From NCBI GenBank assembly GCA_050256755.1, contig JBLMVP010000245.1, positions 1 to 35,012 on the forward strand: a DNA stretch of 35,012 nucleotides, in the 5' to 3' direction. Source of the stretch: Sphingobacteriales bacterium. Its GTDB lineage: Bacteria; Bacteroidota; Bacteroidia; Chitinophagales; Chitinophagaceae. Numbering within the stretch: the stretch's first letter is position 1; the number at the start of each line of letters is the position of its first letter. Positions 17,012 to 26,001 of this stretch are shown in pieces. The position numbers and the translations under genes were made by a program. A model generated the notes under the pieces. That model ran no database searches. It saw only the letters and a program-made list of their open reading frames with translations, and was not told where the DNA came from.

Positions 17012-18061
17012 TTACCACTTAAGCAGGGCACTGGCCCACGTAAAACCGCTGCCAAAAGCTGCCAAACAAACTAAATCGCCCTCTTTTATTTTTCCTTTTT
17101 CCCATGCTTCACATAAGGCAATGGGAATAGAAGCAGCAGTTGTATTGCCTAAATACTGAATATTATTATACACCTGGTCGTCTCTTAATCGTAATTTCTT
17201 TTGTACAAATTCTGCAATACGCAAGTTTGCCTGGTGCGGAATTAAAAGATTAATATCTAATGAGGTATACCCGTTAGCAGCCAATGCTTCCATTATCACT
17301 TCCGGAAACTTTATCACGGCTTTTTTAAATACAGCTGGCCCATCCATATTTGGAAAAACCTGCGCATTATCAATCATAGCATGGCTGAAAAACATTTGTC
17401 CAATTTCTGCTTCATCAAAATCTGCCAGTTTTTGTTCAGTCCAGTGGTTGGCATGTGTGCCCGGGTTATACATCGCCAAAATTTCTGCTGACTCACCATC
17501 ACTGTGTAAATGTGTGCTTAAAATTCCCTGCTCTTCTTTTTCAGCGGGTTGCAAAACCACGGCGCCTGCTCCATCCCCAAAAATTACACTAACATTTCTT
17601 CCTCTCGTATTAAAGTCTAAACCAAAAGAATGTTTTTCACTTCCAATAACCAATATGTTTTTGTACATACCTGTTTTTATAAACTGGTCGGCCACACTTA
17701 AAGCATATATAAAGCCACTGCATTGGTTGCGTACATCCAATGCACCAATTTCTTTCATCTTCATAGCTCTTTGCACCAGGACACCGCAACCCGGAAAATA
17801 ATAATCCGGGCAAATGGTAGCAAAAATAATAAAGTCAATATCCTGTGGAGTAATACCGGACCTTTCGATCGCAACTTTTGCAGCTTCTACCCCCATGGTA
17901 GCGGTGGTTTCTTTAGTACGATGAGCATAGCGTCGTTCTTTAATGCCTGTTCTTTCCTGTATCCACTCATCACTGGTGTCCATGTATTTGGTAAGATCGT
18001 TATTGGTAACAATATGTTCAGGAACATACATTCCTATGCCGGCAATTTTTGAACGAAACAT
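17012..18061 (-). CDS. fabH: Beta-ketoacyl-ACP synthase III (FabH family)
   Basis: Cys-His-Asn triad contexts NQCSGFIYAL, PHQANLRI and GNTTAASIP. The track ORF (to 18178) adds 39 non-homologous residues, and MFRSKIAGIGMYVPE at ATG 18061 matches the canonical FabH N-terminus. Confidence 0.85.
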   Translation of the reverse strand: MFRSKIAGIGMYVPEHIVTNNDLTKYMDTSDEWIQERTGIKERRYAHRTKETTATMGVEAAKVAIERSGITPQDIDFIIFATICPDYYFPGCGVLVQRAMKMKEIGALDVRNQCSGFIYALSVADQFIKTGMYKNILVIGSEKHSFGLDFNTRGRNVSVIFGDGAGAVVLQPAEKEEQGILSTHLHSDGESAEILAMYNPGTHANHWTEQKLADFDEAEIGQMFFSHAMIDNAQVFPNMDGPAVFKKAVIKFPEVIMEALAANGYTSLDINLLIPHQANLRIAEFVQKKLRLRDDQVYNNIQYLGNTTAASIPIALCEAWEKGKIKEGDLVCLAAFGSGFTWASALLKW

Positions 18062-18195
18062 ACAGCAAAATTTAAGTCGATAAATGTAAGCAAAGAAAAC
18101 AAGACAAACGCCGAAAACAAACAGGTGCCGCACATTGAAATAATCATAATTTTTCTGCGGTATAGTTTGTAATTTCATTATGTTATCTAAAACAC

Positions 18196-19230
18196 ATGGC
18201 CAATTTCAATAACCGTATACGGCAGGTTTTATTACTCATATTGATAGTAGCCATTGCTTTTTTAATAAGTAAAGAATTGTATGTTTTCCTTCCGGGCTTC
18301 CTGGGTGCAGTTACTTTATATATTCTTAGCCGGGAATGGTATTTGTATTCAACTGAAAATAAAAAATGGAATAAAAACCTTGCAGCAATCACCTTTTTGA
18401 TTGGTTTTTTAATCATTATTGGACTACCCATTTATTTCACAATAAATTTGATGTCCCCAAAAATTAATTCCCTCTTTAATAATTCACAGGAGGTAATACA
18501 GGGCATTAAATCCGTATCCGCCAAAACAAAGGAATGGACTGGCCAGGATTTATTAACCGATAATACCATTGAAGAGATTCAAAAAAGGGTTACCAATTTT
18601 ATTCCTGCATTCTTAAACAGCACGGCAGTCATCCTTGGCAACCTCGGCATTATGCTTTTTGTTTTTTTCTTTATGTTAACCAACGCAAGAAGCATGGAAA
18701 AATCGCTGGGTAATTTTATTCCCCTTAGAGAGGAAAATATTAATATTCTTGCTGCAGAAACCAAAAGCATGGTAAAAGCAAATGCTATAGGTATACCCCT
18801 TATTTCAATAATACAGGGAATTACTGCCATGATTGGTTATATAATTTTTGGCGTGAATGATTATTTATTATGGGGATTTATGACAGGTGTTTTTGCTTTT
18901 TTCCCAATAGTGGGTACTATGATAATATGGGTTCCATTAGTAGTATATCTTTTTGCAAACGGGCATACCGGGCAGGGAATAGGATTAACGCTGTATAGCT
19001 TGCTGGTTACAGGTAATATTGATTATTTTGCCCGGATTACTTTAATGAGAAAACTGGGAAATGTACACCCGCTTATTACGGTACTTGGAGTAATTGTGGG
19101 ATTAAGTCTTTTTGGTTTCTGGGGATTTATATTCGGTCCCCTGCTGGTAAGCTATTTTTTATTATTGTATAAAATTTACACAAGTGAATTTGGGCCATTG
19201 CATGATGATAATCCCCATCAGCATGGATAA
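18196..19230 (+). CDS. AI-2E family transporter (PerM/UPF0118)
   Basis: Topology of ~8 TM helices and family-typical segments (IPLISIIQGI, FFPIVGTMIIWVP, HPLITVLGVIVG). Confidence 0.8.
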   Translation: MANFNNRIRQVLLLILIVAIAFLISKELYVFLPGFLGAVTLYILSREWYLYSTENKKWNKNLAAITFLIGFLIIIGLPIYFTINLMSPKINSLFNNSQEVIQGIKSVSAKTKEWTGQDLLTDNTIEEIQKRVTNFIPAFLNSTAVILGNLGIMLFVFFFMLTNARSMEKSLGNFIPLREENINILAAETKSMVKANAIGIPLISIIQGITAMIGYIIFGVNDYLLWGFMTGVFAFFPIVGTMIIWVPLVVYLFANGHTGQGIGLTLYSLLVTGNIDYFARITLMRKLGNVHPLITVLGVIVGLSLFGFWGFIFGPLLVSYFLLLYKIYTSEFGPLHDDNPHQHG

Positions 19231-19308
19231 ACAGACTAAATAAAAATACCCGCTGCCCTTTAGTTTTACTGAACAGAGAAACTCTATTTTTACATAAACC
19301 CTGTTAAT

Positions 19309-19770
19309 ATGAGTCTTCAGAAAGATATTCACCAGCTGCGCAATTTCAGAAACGAGTACCAAAAGGCAATTATAAACTTAATTTTTACCAATAACTGGCT
19401 GAGTGAAAAAATTAAAGAATATCTCGATAAAGAAGACATAACCCCGCAGCAGTTTAATATTCTCAGGATTCTGCGTGGGAGTTTTCCCGAGCCTCTGTCT
19501 ACCTTACAGATCCGTGAACGAATGCTTGATAAAATGAGTGACACCAGCCGTATTGTTGATCGGCTGGTAGTAAAAGACCTGGTTAAAAAATCTTCCTGCA
19601 AAACGGACAAAAGATTAGTTGATGTATTAATAACAGATAAAGGAAAAAAACTGCTGGATAAACTTGATGCTAAAAGCAACGAAATGGATGGCATCTTATC
19701 GCATCTATCTGAAACGGAAGCCAAAACATTAAACAAACTGCTGGACAAAACAAGGGGCTCTTCCAAATAA
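19309..19770 (+). CDS. MarR-family winged-helix transcriptional regulator
   Basis: ITPQQFNILRIL...STLQIRERMLDKMSDTSRIVDRLVVKDLVKK...DKRLVDVLITDKGKKLL is the MarR wHTH pattern. Confidence 0.85.
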   Translation: MSLQKDIHQLRNFRNEYQKAIINLIFTNNWLSEKIKEYLDKEDITPQQFNILRILRGSFPEPLSTLQIRERMLDKMSDTSRIVDRLVVKDLVKKSSCKTDKRLVDVLITDKGKKLLDKLDAKSNEMDGILSHLSETEAKTLNKLLDKTRGSSK

Positions 19771-19814
19771 ATCAAACTAACTGCTTTACTTTTATAGAAA
19801 GTAAAAAGCAGCTT

Positions 19815-21020
19815 ATGAAGCTTCTGAAAGTATCTTTTCTTTTCCATTTATTTTTTTCCTGTTTACAATTAGCGGCACAAAACAATTATGAATTTCGTGG
19901 TGTGTGGGTAGCCACCGTTGATAATATTGACTGGCCTTCCAAAATGACTATTGGAAATGTGGACCAGCAGAAAAAAGAATTTATTACCCTGCTGGATATG
20001 CATAAACAAAATGGGATGAATGCTGTAATTGTGCAAATTCGTCCGGCTACTGATGCTTTATATCCTTCGCAATACGAACCCTGGAGTGAATGGCTAACAG
20101 GAAAACAGGGCCGTCCGCCCATTCCTTATTATGACCCATTACAATTTATGATTGAGGAAACACATAAAAGAGGAATGGAGTTTCATGCCTGGTGTAATCC
20201 TTACCGGGCAGAGTTTAAAATTGGCACATCAACTATTAGTCCATCACATATTACTAAAATTCATCCTGAATGGTTTCTAGTTTATGGTGACAAAAAATAT
20301 TTTGATCCAGGCAATAAAGAAGCACAGTTATTTGTAAATAACATTATCAAAGACATTGTTCACAATTATGCCATTGATGCTATTCATTTTGATGACTATT
20401 TTTATCCATACCGTATTACCGGTATCGAATTTCCAGACAGTATTTCATACATTAAATATGGTAATGGATTAAATAAAGATGATTGGCGAAGAAGTAATGT
20501 AGATTCTATTATTGTTTTACTTGATAAAACCATTAAAGCCATCAACCCTAAATGTAAATTTGGTATATCACCTTTTGGTGTTTGGCGTAATAAAGACAAA
20601 GATCCCGATGGCAGTGATACCAAAGCAGGTCAAACTAATTATGATGATTTATATGCTGATATTATATTATGGCTAAAAAAAGGGTGGATAGATTATGCAG
20701 CACCCCAATTATACTGGGAGTTTGGTCACAAAGCTGCTCCTTACGAAGTGTTGATCGACTGGTGGAATAATCACACCTACGGCAAGCATTGTTATATTGG
20801 ATTGGGAATTTACAGAGCAGGTACAAATGATGCCTGGAAAGACAAAACACAATTACCAAGGCAAATATCATCGCTGCGCAGTAAAGCAAATATCAATGGT
20901 ATGATATTCTTCAGCAGCAAATCATTTGAAAATAATCCCAATGGATGGAATGACAGTTTGCAGCAAAATTATTTTAAAATGCCGGCCTTAGTGCCGCCGA
21001 TGGATTGGCTGAAAAAATAA
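19815..21020 (+). CDS. Secreted GHL10-type (family-10-like, YngK/DUF187) glycoside hydrolase family protein
   Basis: Signal peptide followed by EFRGVWVATVDNIDWPS. The motifs MNAVIVQIRP, HAWCNPY and IHFDDYFYP are typical of PF02638-like proteins. Confidence 0.75.
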   Translation: MKLLKVSFLFHLFFSCLQLAAQNNYEFRGVWVATVDNIDWPSKMTIGNVDQQKKEFITLLDMHKQNGMNAVIVQIRPATDALYPSQYEPWSEWLTGKQGRPPIPYYDPLQFMIEETHKRGMEFHAWCNPYRAEFKIGTSTISPSHITKIHPEWFLVYGDKKYFDPGNKEAQLFVNNIIKDIVHNYAIDAIHFDDYFYPYRITGIEFPDSISYIKYGNGLNKDDWRRSNVDSIIVLLDKTIKAINPKCKFGISPFGVWRNKDKDPDGSDTKAGQTNYDDLYADIILWLKKGWIDYAAPQLYWEFGHKAAPYEVLIDWWNNHTYGKHCYIGLGIYRAGTNDAWKDKTQLPRQISSLRSKANINGMIFFSSKSFENNPNGWNDSLQQNYFKMPALVPPMDWLKK

Positions 21021-21105
21021 GTTTTTAGGAGTATGGGCGCATACTTTAAAAATACAGAGTAACCAGTCTTTTTCATTAACCATATGCTATAAAACTTCAA
21101 ATTAA

Positions 21106-21113
21106 TACCTTTG
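21106..21113 (+). promoter_or_regulatory. Bacteroidota -7 promoter box (TACCTTTG)
   Basis: Exact TAnnTTTG match, 20 nt upstream of ATG 21134. Confidence 0.4.
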
Positions 21114-21133
21114 CTGGCACAAACTATATTAAT

Positions 21134-22351
21134 ATGCCAGGATTTGAATTATGGGGCGCCGAAGAACGCAAAGAAGTAAATGATGTACTGGAAACAGGAA
21201 TCCTTATGCGCTATGGGTTTGATGGCCCACGCAAAGGAATTTGGAAGAGCAAAGAACTGGAAGAAAATATCTGTTCTAAGTTTGGCTGTAAATACGCGCA
21301 GTTGGTTAGCAGCGGAACTGCAGCATTAACTACTGCTATGAGCGCCTTGGGCATTGGTGCGGGGGATGAGGTAATAATTCCTTCCTTTACATTTGTTGCC
21401 AGTTTTGAAGCAATACTTAGTGTTGGTGCTGTTCCGGTAATGGTTGATATAGATGAATCATTAACATTGAACCCCGATGCAGTTCGAAAAGCAATAAATG
21501 CAAGAACCAAATGCATCATGCCTGTACATATGTGTGGCAGCATGGCTGATATGGATGCATTACAATCCATCTGCAAAGAACATAATTTGATTTTACTGGA
21601 AGATGCCTGTCAGAGTATTGGCGCAACTTATAAAGGAAAAAAATTAGGAACTATTGGCGATGCCGGAACTTTTTCGTTTGATTTTGTAAAAATAATAACC
21701 TGTGCTGAAGGTGGTGTGGTGATGACTAACAAAGAAGATGTTTATATAAAAAGTGATGGATACAGTGATCATGGTCATGATCATAAAGGGGTTGACAGAG
21801 GCGCTGATCTCCATCCATTTATTGGATATAATTTCAGGATAAGTGAATTGCATGCAGCAGTTGGTTTGGCGCAAATAAAGAAACTGGATACTTTTTTATC
21901 TATCCAAAAAAAGAATCATAATCAATTAAAAAATATATTAAGCAGGTTGTCTGAGATTACATTCCGTGTAATTCCTGACCCAGAGGGTGACAGCTGTACT
22001 TTTTTAAGCTGGTTTTTACCAACAGAAGATATAACACGAGCTGTAGTAGCAGAATTAAAAGAACAAGGGATCCTTGCAGGTAATTTTTATTGGTTCGATA
22101 ATAACTGGCATTATATACGCAAATGGGATCATTTAAAGAATTCAGTCACATTAAACGCACTGCATCCTGATTTAAAACAGGCTGTTATCAATAATACCAG
22201 AAAAGAATTTTCAGCCAGCGATGCTGTAATGAGCCGATGTATTTCTACCGCTATCAGTTTATTATGGACAGAAGAACAAATAATGGAAAAAGGTGAGAAG
22301 ATAGTGAGTGCTATTAAAAAAGTTCTGGTTAAGCAAAATGTAGCTTTATAA
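21134..22351 (+). CDS. DegT/DnrJ/EryC1/StrS-family PLP-dependent aminotransferase
   Basis: SSGTAALTTAM, DEVIIPSFTFVAS, LLEDACQSIG, and the PLP-lysine context FSFDFVKIITCAEGG. Confidence 0.8.
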   Translation: MPGFELWGAEERKEVNDVLETGILMRYGFDGPRKGIWKSKELEENICSKFGCKYAQLVSSGTAALTTAMSALGIGAGDEVIIPSFTFVASFEAILSVGAVPVMVDIDESLTLNPDAVRKAINARTKCIMPVHMCGSMADMDALQSICKEHNLILLEDACQSIGATYKGKKLGTIGDAGTFSFDFVKIITCAEGGVVMTNKEDVYIKSDGYSDHGHDHKGVDRGADLHPFIGYNFRISELHAAVGLAQIKKLDTFLSIQKKNHNQLKNILSRLSEITFRVIPDPEGDSCTFLSWFLPTEDITRAVVAELKEQGILAGNFYWFDNNWHYIRKWDHLKNSVTLNALHPDLKQAVINNTRKEFSASDAVMSRCISTAISLLWTEEQIMEKGEKIVSAIKKVLVKQNVAL

Positions 22352-22388
22352 TATATAAAGAAATAAGTCAATTACGTAAATAAAACTG

Positions 22389-22424
22389 AGCCGTATTGTT
22401 CTAAACAATGCGGCTTATTTTTTT
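22389..22424 (+). terminator. Intrinsic terminator after the aminotransferase gene
   Basis: 12-bp stem AGCCGTATTGTT/AACAATGCGGCT with one G:U, a short loop, then TATTTTTTT. Confidence 0.75.
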
Positions 22425-22762
22425 CCTTCCAGTTTATTTACATAATCTAATGTGCCTAACCTAAAACGAAAGGGAATAGCTGTGATTTTTTCAAGCTTTA
22501 ATTCCTGCCGGCAAAAGAAACCAAGATGTTGGCTATAGTAGTTAGCAGGAAGACCATCTACCTTCATGGAAGAAAAACATTGGTTAAATAATGGAATTTC
22601 AACTTTTTTTTGTGTGATGGGCTTATATATTACTAAAGAGGAAATGGGTTTTTTAACAGAAACCCCGTTAAGTCTTGACGGAAATGCTTGCTGGGCCTGC
22701 ATTTTAACTGCAAGTGTTAAAAAAAGAAAAACTATTCCACAATAATTGTTCCAATTCTTCAC
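22415..22762 (-). CDS. Small secreted hypothetical protein
   Basis: The ORF is open to 22813 but would then overlap the rpoN start. An in-frame GTG at 22762 gives a canonical signal peptide (M)KNWNNYCGIVFLFLTLAVKMQAQQ. The C-terminal GFFCRQELKLEKITAIPFRFRLG pattern resembles a conserved Bacteroidota small protein. Confidence 0.5.
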   Translation of the reverse strand: MKNWNNYCGIVFLFLTLAVKMQAQQAFPSRLNGVSVKKPISSLVIYKPITQKKVEIPLFNQCFSSMKVDGLPANYYSQHLGFFCRQELKLEKITAIPFRFRLGTLDYVNKLEGKK

Positions 22763-22811
22763 TTCATATGAGTTTGTATGTAAATTTACAGCATTAAGTT
22801 GAAACATCAGC

Positions 22812-24302
22812 ATGGCATTAAGTCAAAGTTTACAGCAACGGCTCCTGCAAAAATTATCGCCCCAGCAAATTCAGTTAATGAAATTGCTGCAGGTTCCTAC
22901 TGCCAACCTTGAAGAACGGATTAAAGAAGAACTGGAAGAAAATCCTGCCCTTGAATTAAGTGAAGAAGATCATGATGACCATTTTACTGAGGAAGTAAAA
23001 GATGAATTCGACACCAGTAACGAAGAAGAGTATGAATTAGATGGTAGCCAGGATGAATATGATAATATTGATGTAAGTGAATATATCCACGCCGGAGATG
23101 ATGATATTGCTGATTACAGGCTAAGAGATGATAACTATCCCGAAGAGGATGAAAAAAGAACCATTCCTGTAAGAGTAGAAACAAATCTTCATGATCACCT
23201 GCTGGAACAACTGGGTCTTTTAAATTTGGAAGAAAAGAAACTGCGTATTGCAGAGCAAATTGTGGGGAGTATTGATGATGACGGCTATTTAAGAAGAGAA
23301 AATTCTGCTATAGTGGATGATCTTGCCTTTCGCCAAAATATTGAAAGCAGTGAAGAAGAAGTGGAAGAAATTATTCAGATGATTCAGCAGTTTGATCCAC
23401 CCGGTGTGGCGGCAAGGGATTTACAGGAATGTTTGTTACTTCAGCTTGACAGGATGAAAAACGAAGGAAAGAAAGTAGATACAGCCATGGCAGTATTGGG
23501 CAAATACTTTGAAGAGTTCACGAAGAAACATTACGAAAAAATACAAAGGGGATTAAACCTGAGCGATGAAGGTTTAAAAGATGTCATTAATCATATTATC
23601 AAGCTTAATCCAAAACCCGGAGGAAATGTTGGCGAAGTAAGTAAATCTGAAAACTATGTTGTTCCAGATTTTTTCATTCATAATACCGGTGGCCGGTTGG
23701 AAATCACCCTCAATTCTAAAAACGCACCTGACCTCCGGATCAGCGATGGATACAGGGAAATGCTAAAGGATTACGACAGGGGCAGTAAAAAAGATAAACG
23801 ACAAAAGGAAGCTGTTTTATTTATTAAACAAAAAATTGATGCCGCTAAATGGTTTATCGATGCCATCAAGCAAAGACAAAATACGTTGATTCATACAATG
23901 ACGGCAATTATGGAACATCAGCGGGAGTTTTTTTTAACCGGTGATGAAACTACTTTGCGGCCAATGATTTTGAAAGATATTGCTGAAAAAACCAATCTTG
24001 ATATATCAACAGTAAGCCGTGTTGCTAACAGCAAATTTGTACAAACAGAATTTGGAACTTATCGTCTTAAATTTTTCTTCAGTGAATCGCTCAGCACAGA
24101 TAGTGGAGAAGAAGTTTCTACACGGGAAGTGAAAAAAATTTTAAGTGATATGGTAGAAGGAGAAAGCAAGAAGAAACCACTAAGTGATGAAAGGCTGACA
24201 GAATTACTCCAGGAAAAAGGTTATAATATTGCCCGCAGAACCGTAGCTAAATATCGTGAACAATTAAATATCCCCGTAGCAAGATTGCGCAAACAATTGT
24301 AA
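22812..24302 (+). CDS. rpoN: RNA polymerase sigma-54 factor
   Basis: N-terminal region I (LQQRLLQKLSPQQIQLMKLLQ), acidic region II, core-binding region, HTH, and the C-terminal RpoN box ARRTVAKYREQLNIP. Confidence 0.95.
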   Translation: MALSQSLQQRLLQKLSPQQIQLMKLLQVPTANLEERIKEELEENPALELSEEDHDDHFTEEVKDEFDTSNEEEYELDGSQDEYDNIDVSEYIHAGDDDIADYRLRDDNYPEEDEKRTIPVRVETNLHDHLLEQLGLLNLEEKKLRIAEQIVGSIDDDGYLRRENSAIVDDLAFRQNIESSEEEVEEIIQMIQQFDPPGVAARDLQECLLLQLDRMKNEGKKVDTAMAVLGKYFEEFTKKHYEKIQRGLNLSDEGLKDVINHIIKLNPKPGGNVGEVSKSENYVVPDFFIHNTGGRLEITLNSKNAPDLRISDGYREMLKDYDRGSKKDKRQKEAVLFIKQKIDAAKWFIDAIKQRQNTLIHTMTAIMEHQREFFLTGDETTLRPMILKDIAEKTNLDISTVSRVANSKFVQTEFGTYRLKFFFSESLSTDSGEEVSTREVKKILSDMVEGESKKKPLSDERLTELLQEKGYNIARRTVAKYREQLNIPVARLRKQL

Positions 24303-24303
24303 G

Positions 24304-24990
24304 ATGGAAGAAATTTTACAGGTAAATGAAGCCGGTGAACTGGAACCAAAGCAAGCTTATCCCTTACTGGTAAGAGTTACTGCCACAATAATCAGTTATC
24401 TTTTTCATCCCTTATTTATCATAGGAATAATGGGTTGGTATATTATTTACCAGCACCCAACTGCCTACATAGGTACAGATGAAAGTCTAAAAAAAAGAGT
24501 TTTATTGATCTTGTTTGCCAATGCAATTTTCTTCCCTTTTGTTTCGGTACTACTTCTTAAAGCAGTAGGTTTTATCAAATCCGTTTTACTTCCAACACAA
24601 AAAGAACGTATCATTCCATATATCATTACTAATTTCTTTTTTTTCTGGACATTCTGGGTTTTTCGAAATACACCTGAATCACCAATAATAATGAAAGCTA
24701 TGACATTAGGCGTATTCCTTGCTTCTTCCTCCGCTATTCTGTTTAACATCTACCATAAAATAAGTATGCATGCAATAGGTGTTGGTGGGTTAGTTGGAGT
24801 AGCATTAACTTCTCTTTACCATGAGCCTTCTGTAATTTCAGCTTTGCCGCTAACGGTGGCACTTTTAATTGCAGGTTTTGTATCTACTTCCCGCTTAGTT
24901 ATATCCAATCACAAGCCGGCAGATATATATATTGGATTTATAGTTGGCATAGTTTGCCAGTTTATTGGCTGGTGGGTTATGGCGTCATAA
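24304..24990 (+). CDS. Polytopic membrane protein, possibly PAP2-superfamily phosphatase-like
   Basis: About 6 TM helices. SMHA and SRLVISNHKPAD match PAP2 motifs C2 (SGH-like) and C3 (SRxxxxxHxxxD), but no clear C1 KxxxxxxRP. The start is 1 nt after the rpoN stop. Confidence 0.5.
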   Translation: MEEILQVNEAGELEPKQAYPLLVRVTATIISYLFHPLFIIGIMGWYIIYQHPTAYIGTDESLKKRVLLILFANAIFFPFVSVLLLKAVGFIKSVLLPTQKERIIPYIITNFFFFWTFWVFRNTPESPIIMKAMTLGVFLASSSAILFNIYHKISMHAIGVGGLVGVALTSLYHEPSVISALPLTVALLIAGFVSTSRLVISNHKPADIYIGFIVGIVCQFIGWWVMAS

Positions 24991-25010
24991 AAATCCCGCC
25001 TCCGGCAGGA
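24988..25010 (-). terminator. Putative intrinsic terminator of the L,D-transpeptidase-like gene
   Basis: On the minus strand TCCTGCC-GGA-GGCGGGA forms a 7-bp stem with one G:U, followed by TTTTTAT. It overlaps the stop codon of the plus-strand gene. Confidence 0.5.
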
Positions 25011-25047
25011 ACATGATGAATAATACTTACTGCTGAGATAAGCGAGT

Positions 25048-25791
25048 TTAACTGTTTACCAGTTTTGATTTTTTTAAATATTTTTTTGTAGGATGATATA
25101 TAAATAAACAGGTCCCTCCTTTTATAAGATCAATAATTTTTTCAAGTTCATTCATTGGTACAGCAGGACAGCCTAAACTTCTTCCTAAATGCCCTGTTGA
25201 GCGGATAAAATTTTCATTTACATATTCAGCACCGTGTATCACAATTTTGCGTTTATATGCTTTATCGTTTACACCGGGCTCCTCGCCTTCTAATTTCAAT
25301 GCATAACCTTTTTCTCCATAGTATGTACTCCCGGTAATATAAAATCCAAGGCTGCTTTTATTGGAAGATGGTTGGTTAGAAAAAGAATAAGCATAAGTTG
25401 TCCCGGAATTGCGTCCATGCGCAACAAATGTATTTAAAAGTAATTGCCTGTTATTTAAATCCAGTATGAAGAGACGTGGTTTATTAGAAGGTTTTGAAAA
25501 ATCAATAATGGAAAGAATTCCTTCACGTGCCACCTTATTTAATCTTTCTAATTTTTTATACCCTTTTATTGCCAGTTCAAATACATTCTTTGTCAACCCC
25601 AACAAATTTAAATTCATCGACCGGTAAATAGAATCTGTTTCAAGCATTACTGAGCGGGCTTCATTATTAGAGGCAATATTTTTTTTGCTGAGATGAACAC
25701 TCTTGCCGTTGGAAACCAAAACGGGGAATTGAAGAAAAAATGAAAGAAGCAACAGATATGCAATCAAGCGCTTTTGTGGAACAGTTGTCAT
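25048..25791 (-). CDS. L,D-transpeptidase catalytic-domain family protein (YkuD_2 type)
   Basis: Signal peptide. Motifs PRLFILDL, FVAHGRNSG, VIHGAEYV and the catalytic GRSLGCPAV. The track start is GTG 25797, and ATG 25791 is two codons in. Confidence 0.8.
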   Translation of the reverse strand: MTTVPQKRLIAYLLLLSFFLQFPVLVSNGKSVHLSKKNIASNNEARSVMLETDSIYRSMNLNLLGLTKNVFELAIKGYKKLERLNKVAREGILSIIDFSKPSNKPRLFILDLNNRQLLLNTFVAHGRNSGTTYAYSFSNQPSSNKSSLGFYITGSTYYGEKGYALKLEGEEPGVNDKAYKRKIVIHGAEYVNENFIRSTGHLGRSLGCPAVPMNELEKIIDLIKGGTCLFIYHPTKKYLKKSKLVNS

Positions 25792-25813
25792 AGCCACGGA
25801 TTTAGGATATGGA

Positions 25814-25848
25814 TTCTAAAAATAGAAACTATTTCTAAAAATTTAGAA
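25814..25848. promoter_or_regulatory. Two tandem palindromic sites (candidate operator) in a divergent promoter region
   Basis: TTCTA-AAAA-TAGAA (25814-25827) and TTCTAA-AAAT-TTAGAA (25833-25848), 19 bp apart start to start, 23-57 nt upstream of the ldt-like start. Confidence 0.35.
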
Positions 25849-25989
25849 CGAAAAACCTGGAATTTTATTACTCAGAATTGCCACTAATTATCCCTTAAGA
25901 GGGACAATTTTATTGAAACATGGTTGACATCTTCCAGCACTCAAACATTTGCATAAAATAATTGTTTAACAGGCAGGCGTTTTGCTTCT

Positions 25990-25997
25990 TAATTTTG
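25990..25997 (+). promoter_or_regulatory. Bacteroidota -7 promoter box (TAATTTTG), implying a near-leaderless SDR mRNA
   Basis: Exact TAnnTTTG match, only 4 nt upstream of ATG 26002. Confidence 0.3.
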
Positions 25998-26001
25998 TGG
26001 T

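Noticed and set aside
17012-18178. Long N-terminal extensions in the ORF track for fabH (to 18178), the M3 peptidase (to 29854), the DUF2330-like gene (to 32091), the cupin gene (to 6834) and the secreted protein (from 32974)
   Set aside because: The extensions are non-homologous to the families. They contain promoter boxes or hairpins, or overlap upstream genes. Internal ATGs give canonical N-termini, so shorter coordinates are reported.
18183-18431. 82-aa minus-strand ORF overlapping the start of the AI-2E transporter gene
   Set aside because: It is antisense to a membrane-protein N-terminus and would sit inside the fabH/AI-2E divergent promoter region. It has no supporting features.
19781-19812. 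Hairpin (CTGCTTTACTTT...AAAGTAAAAAGCAG, with a 2-nt bulge) between marR and the GHL10 gene as a terminator or attenuator
   Set aside because: There is no U-tract, the stem is A/U-rich and bulged, and it ends 3 nt before the next ATG. This is too weak to call, and the genes may simply be co-transcribed.
19329-19847. 172-aa minus-strand ORF covering the whole marR gene and the following intergenic region
   Set aside because: It is the antisense mirror of a K/E/D-rich gene and gives a low-complexity S/L-rich product. The plus-strand MarR has clear family motifs. The ORF also runs through the marR-GHL10 intergenic hairpin.
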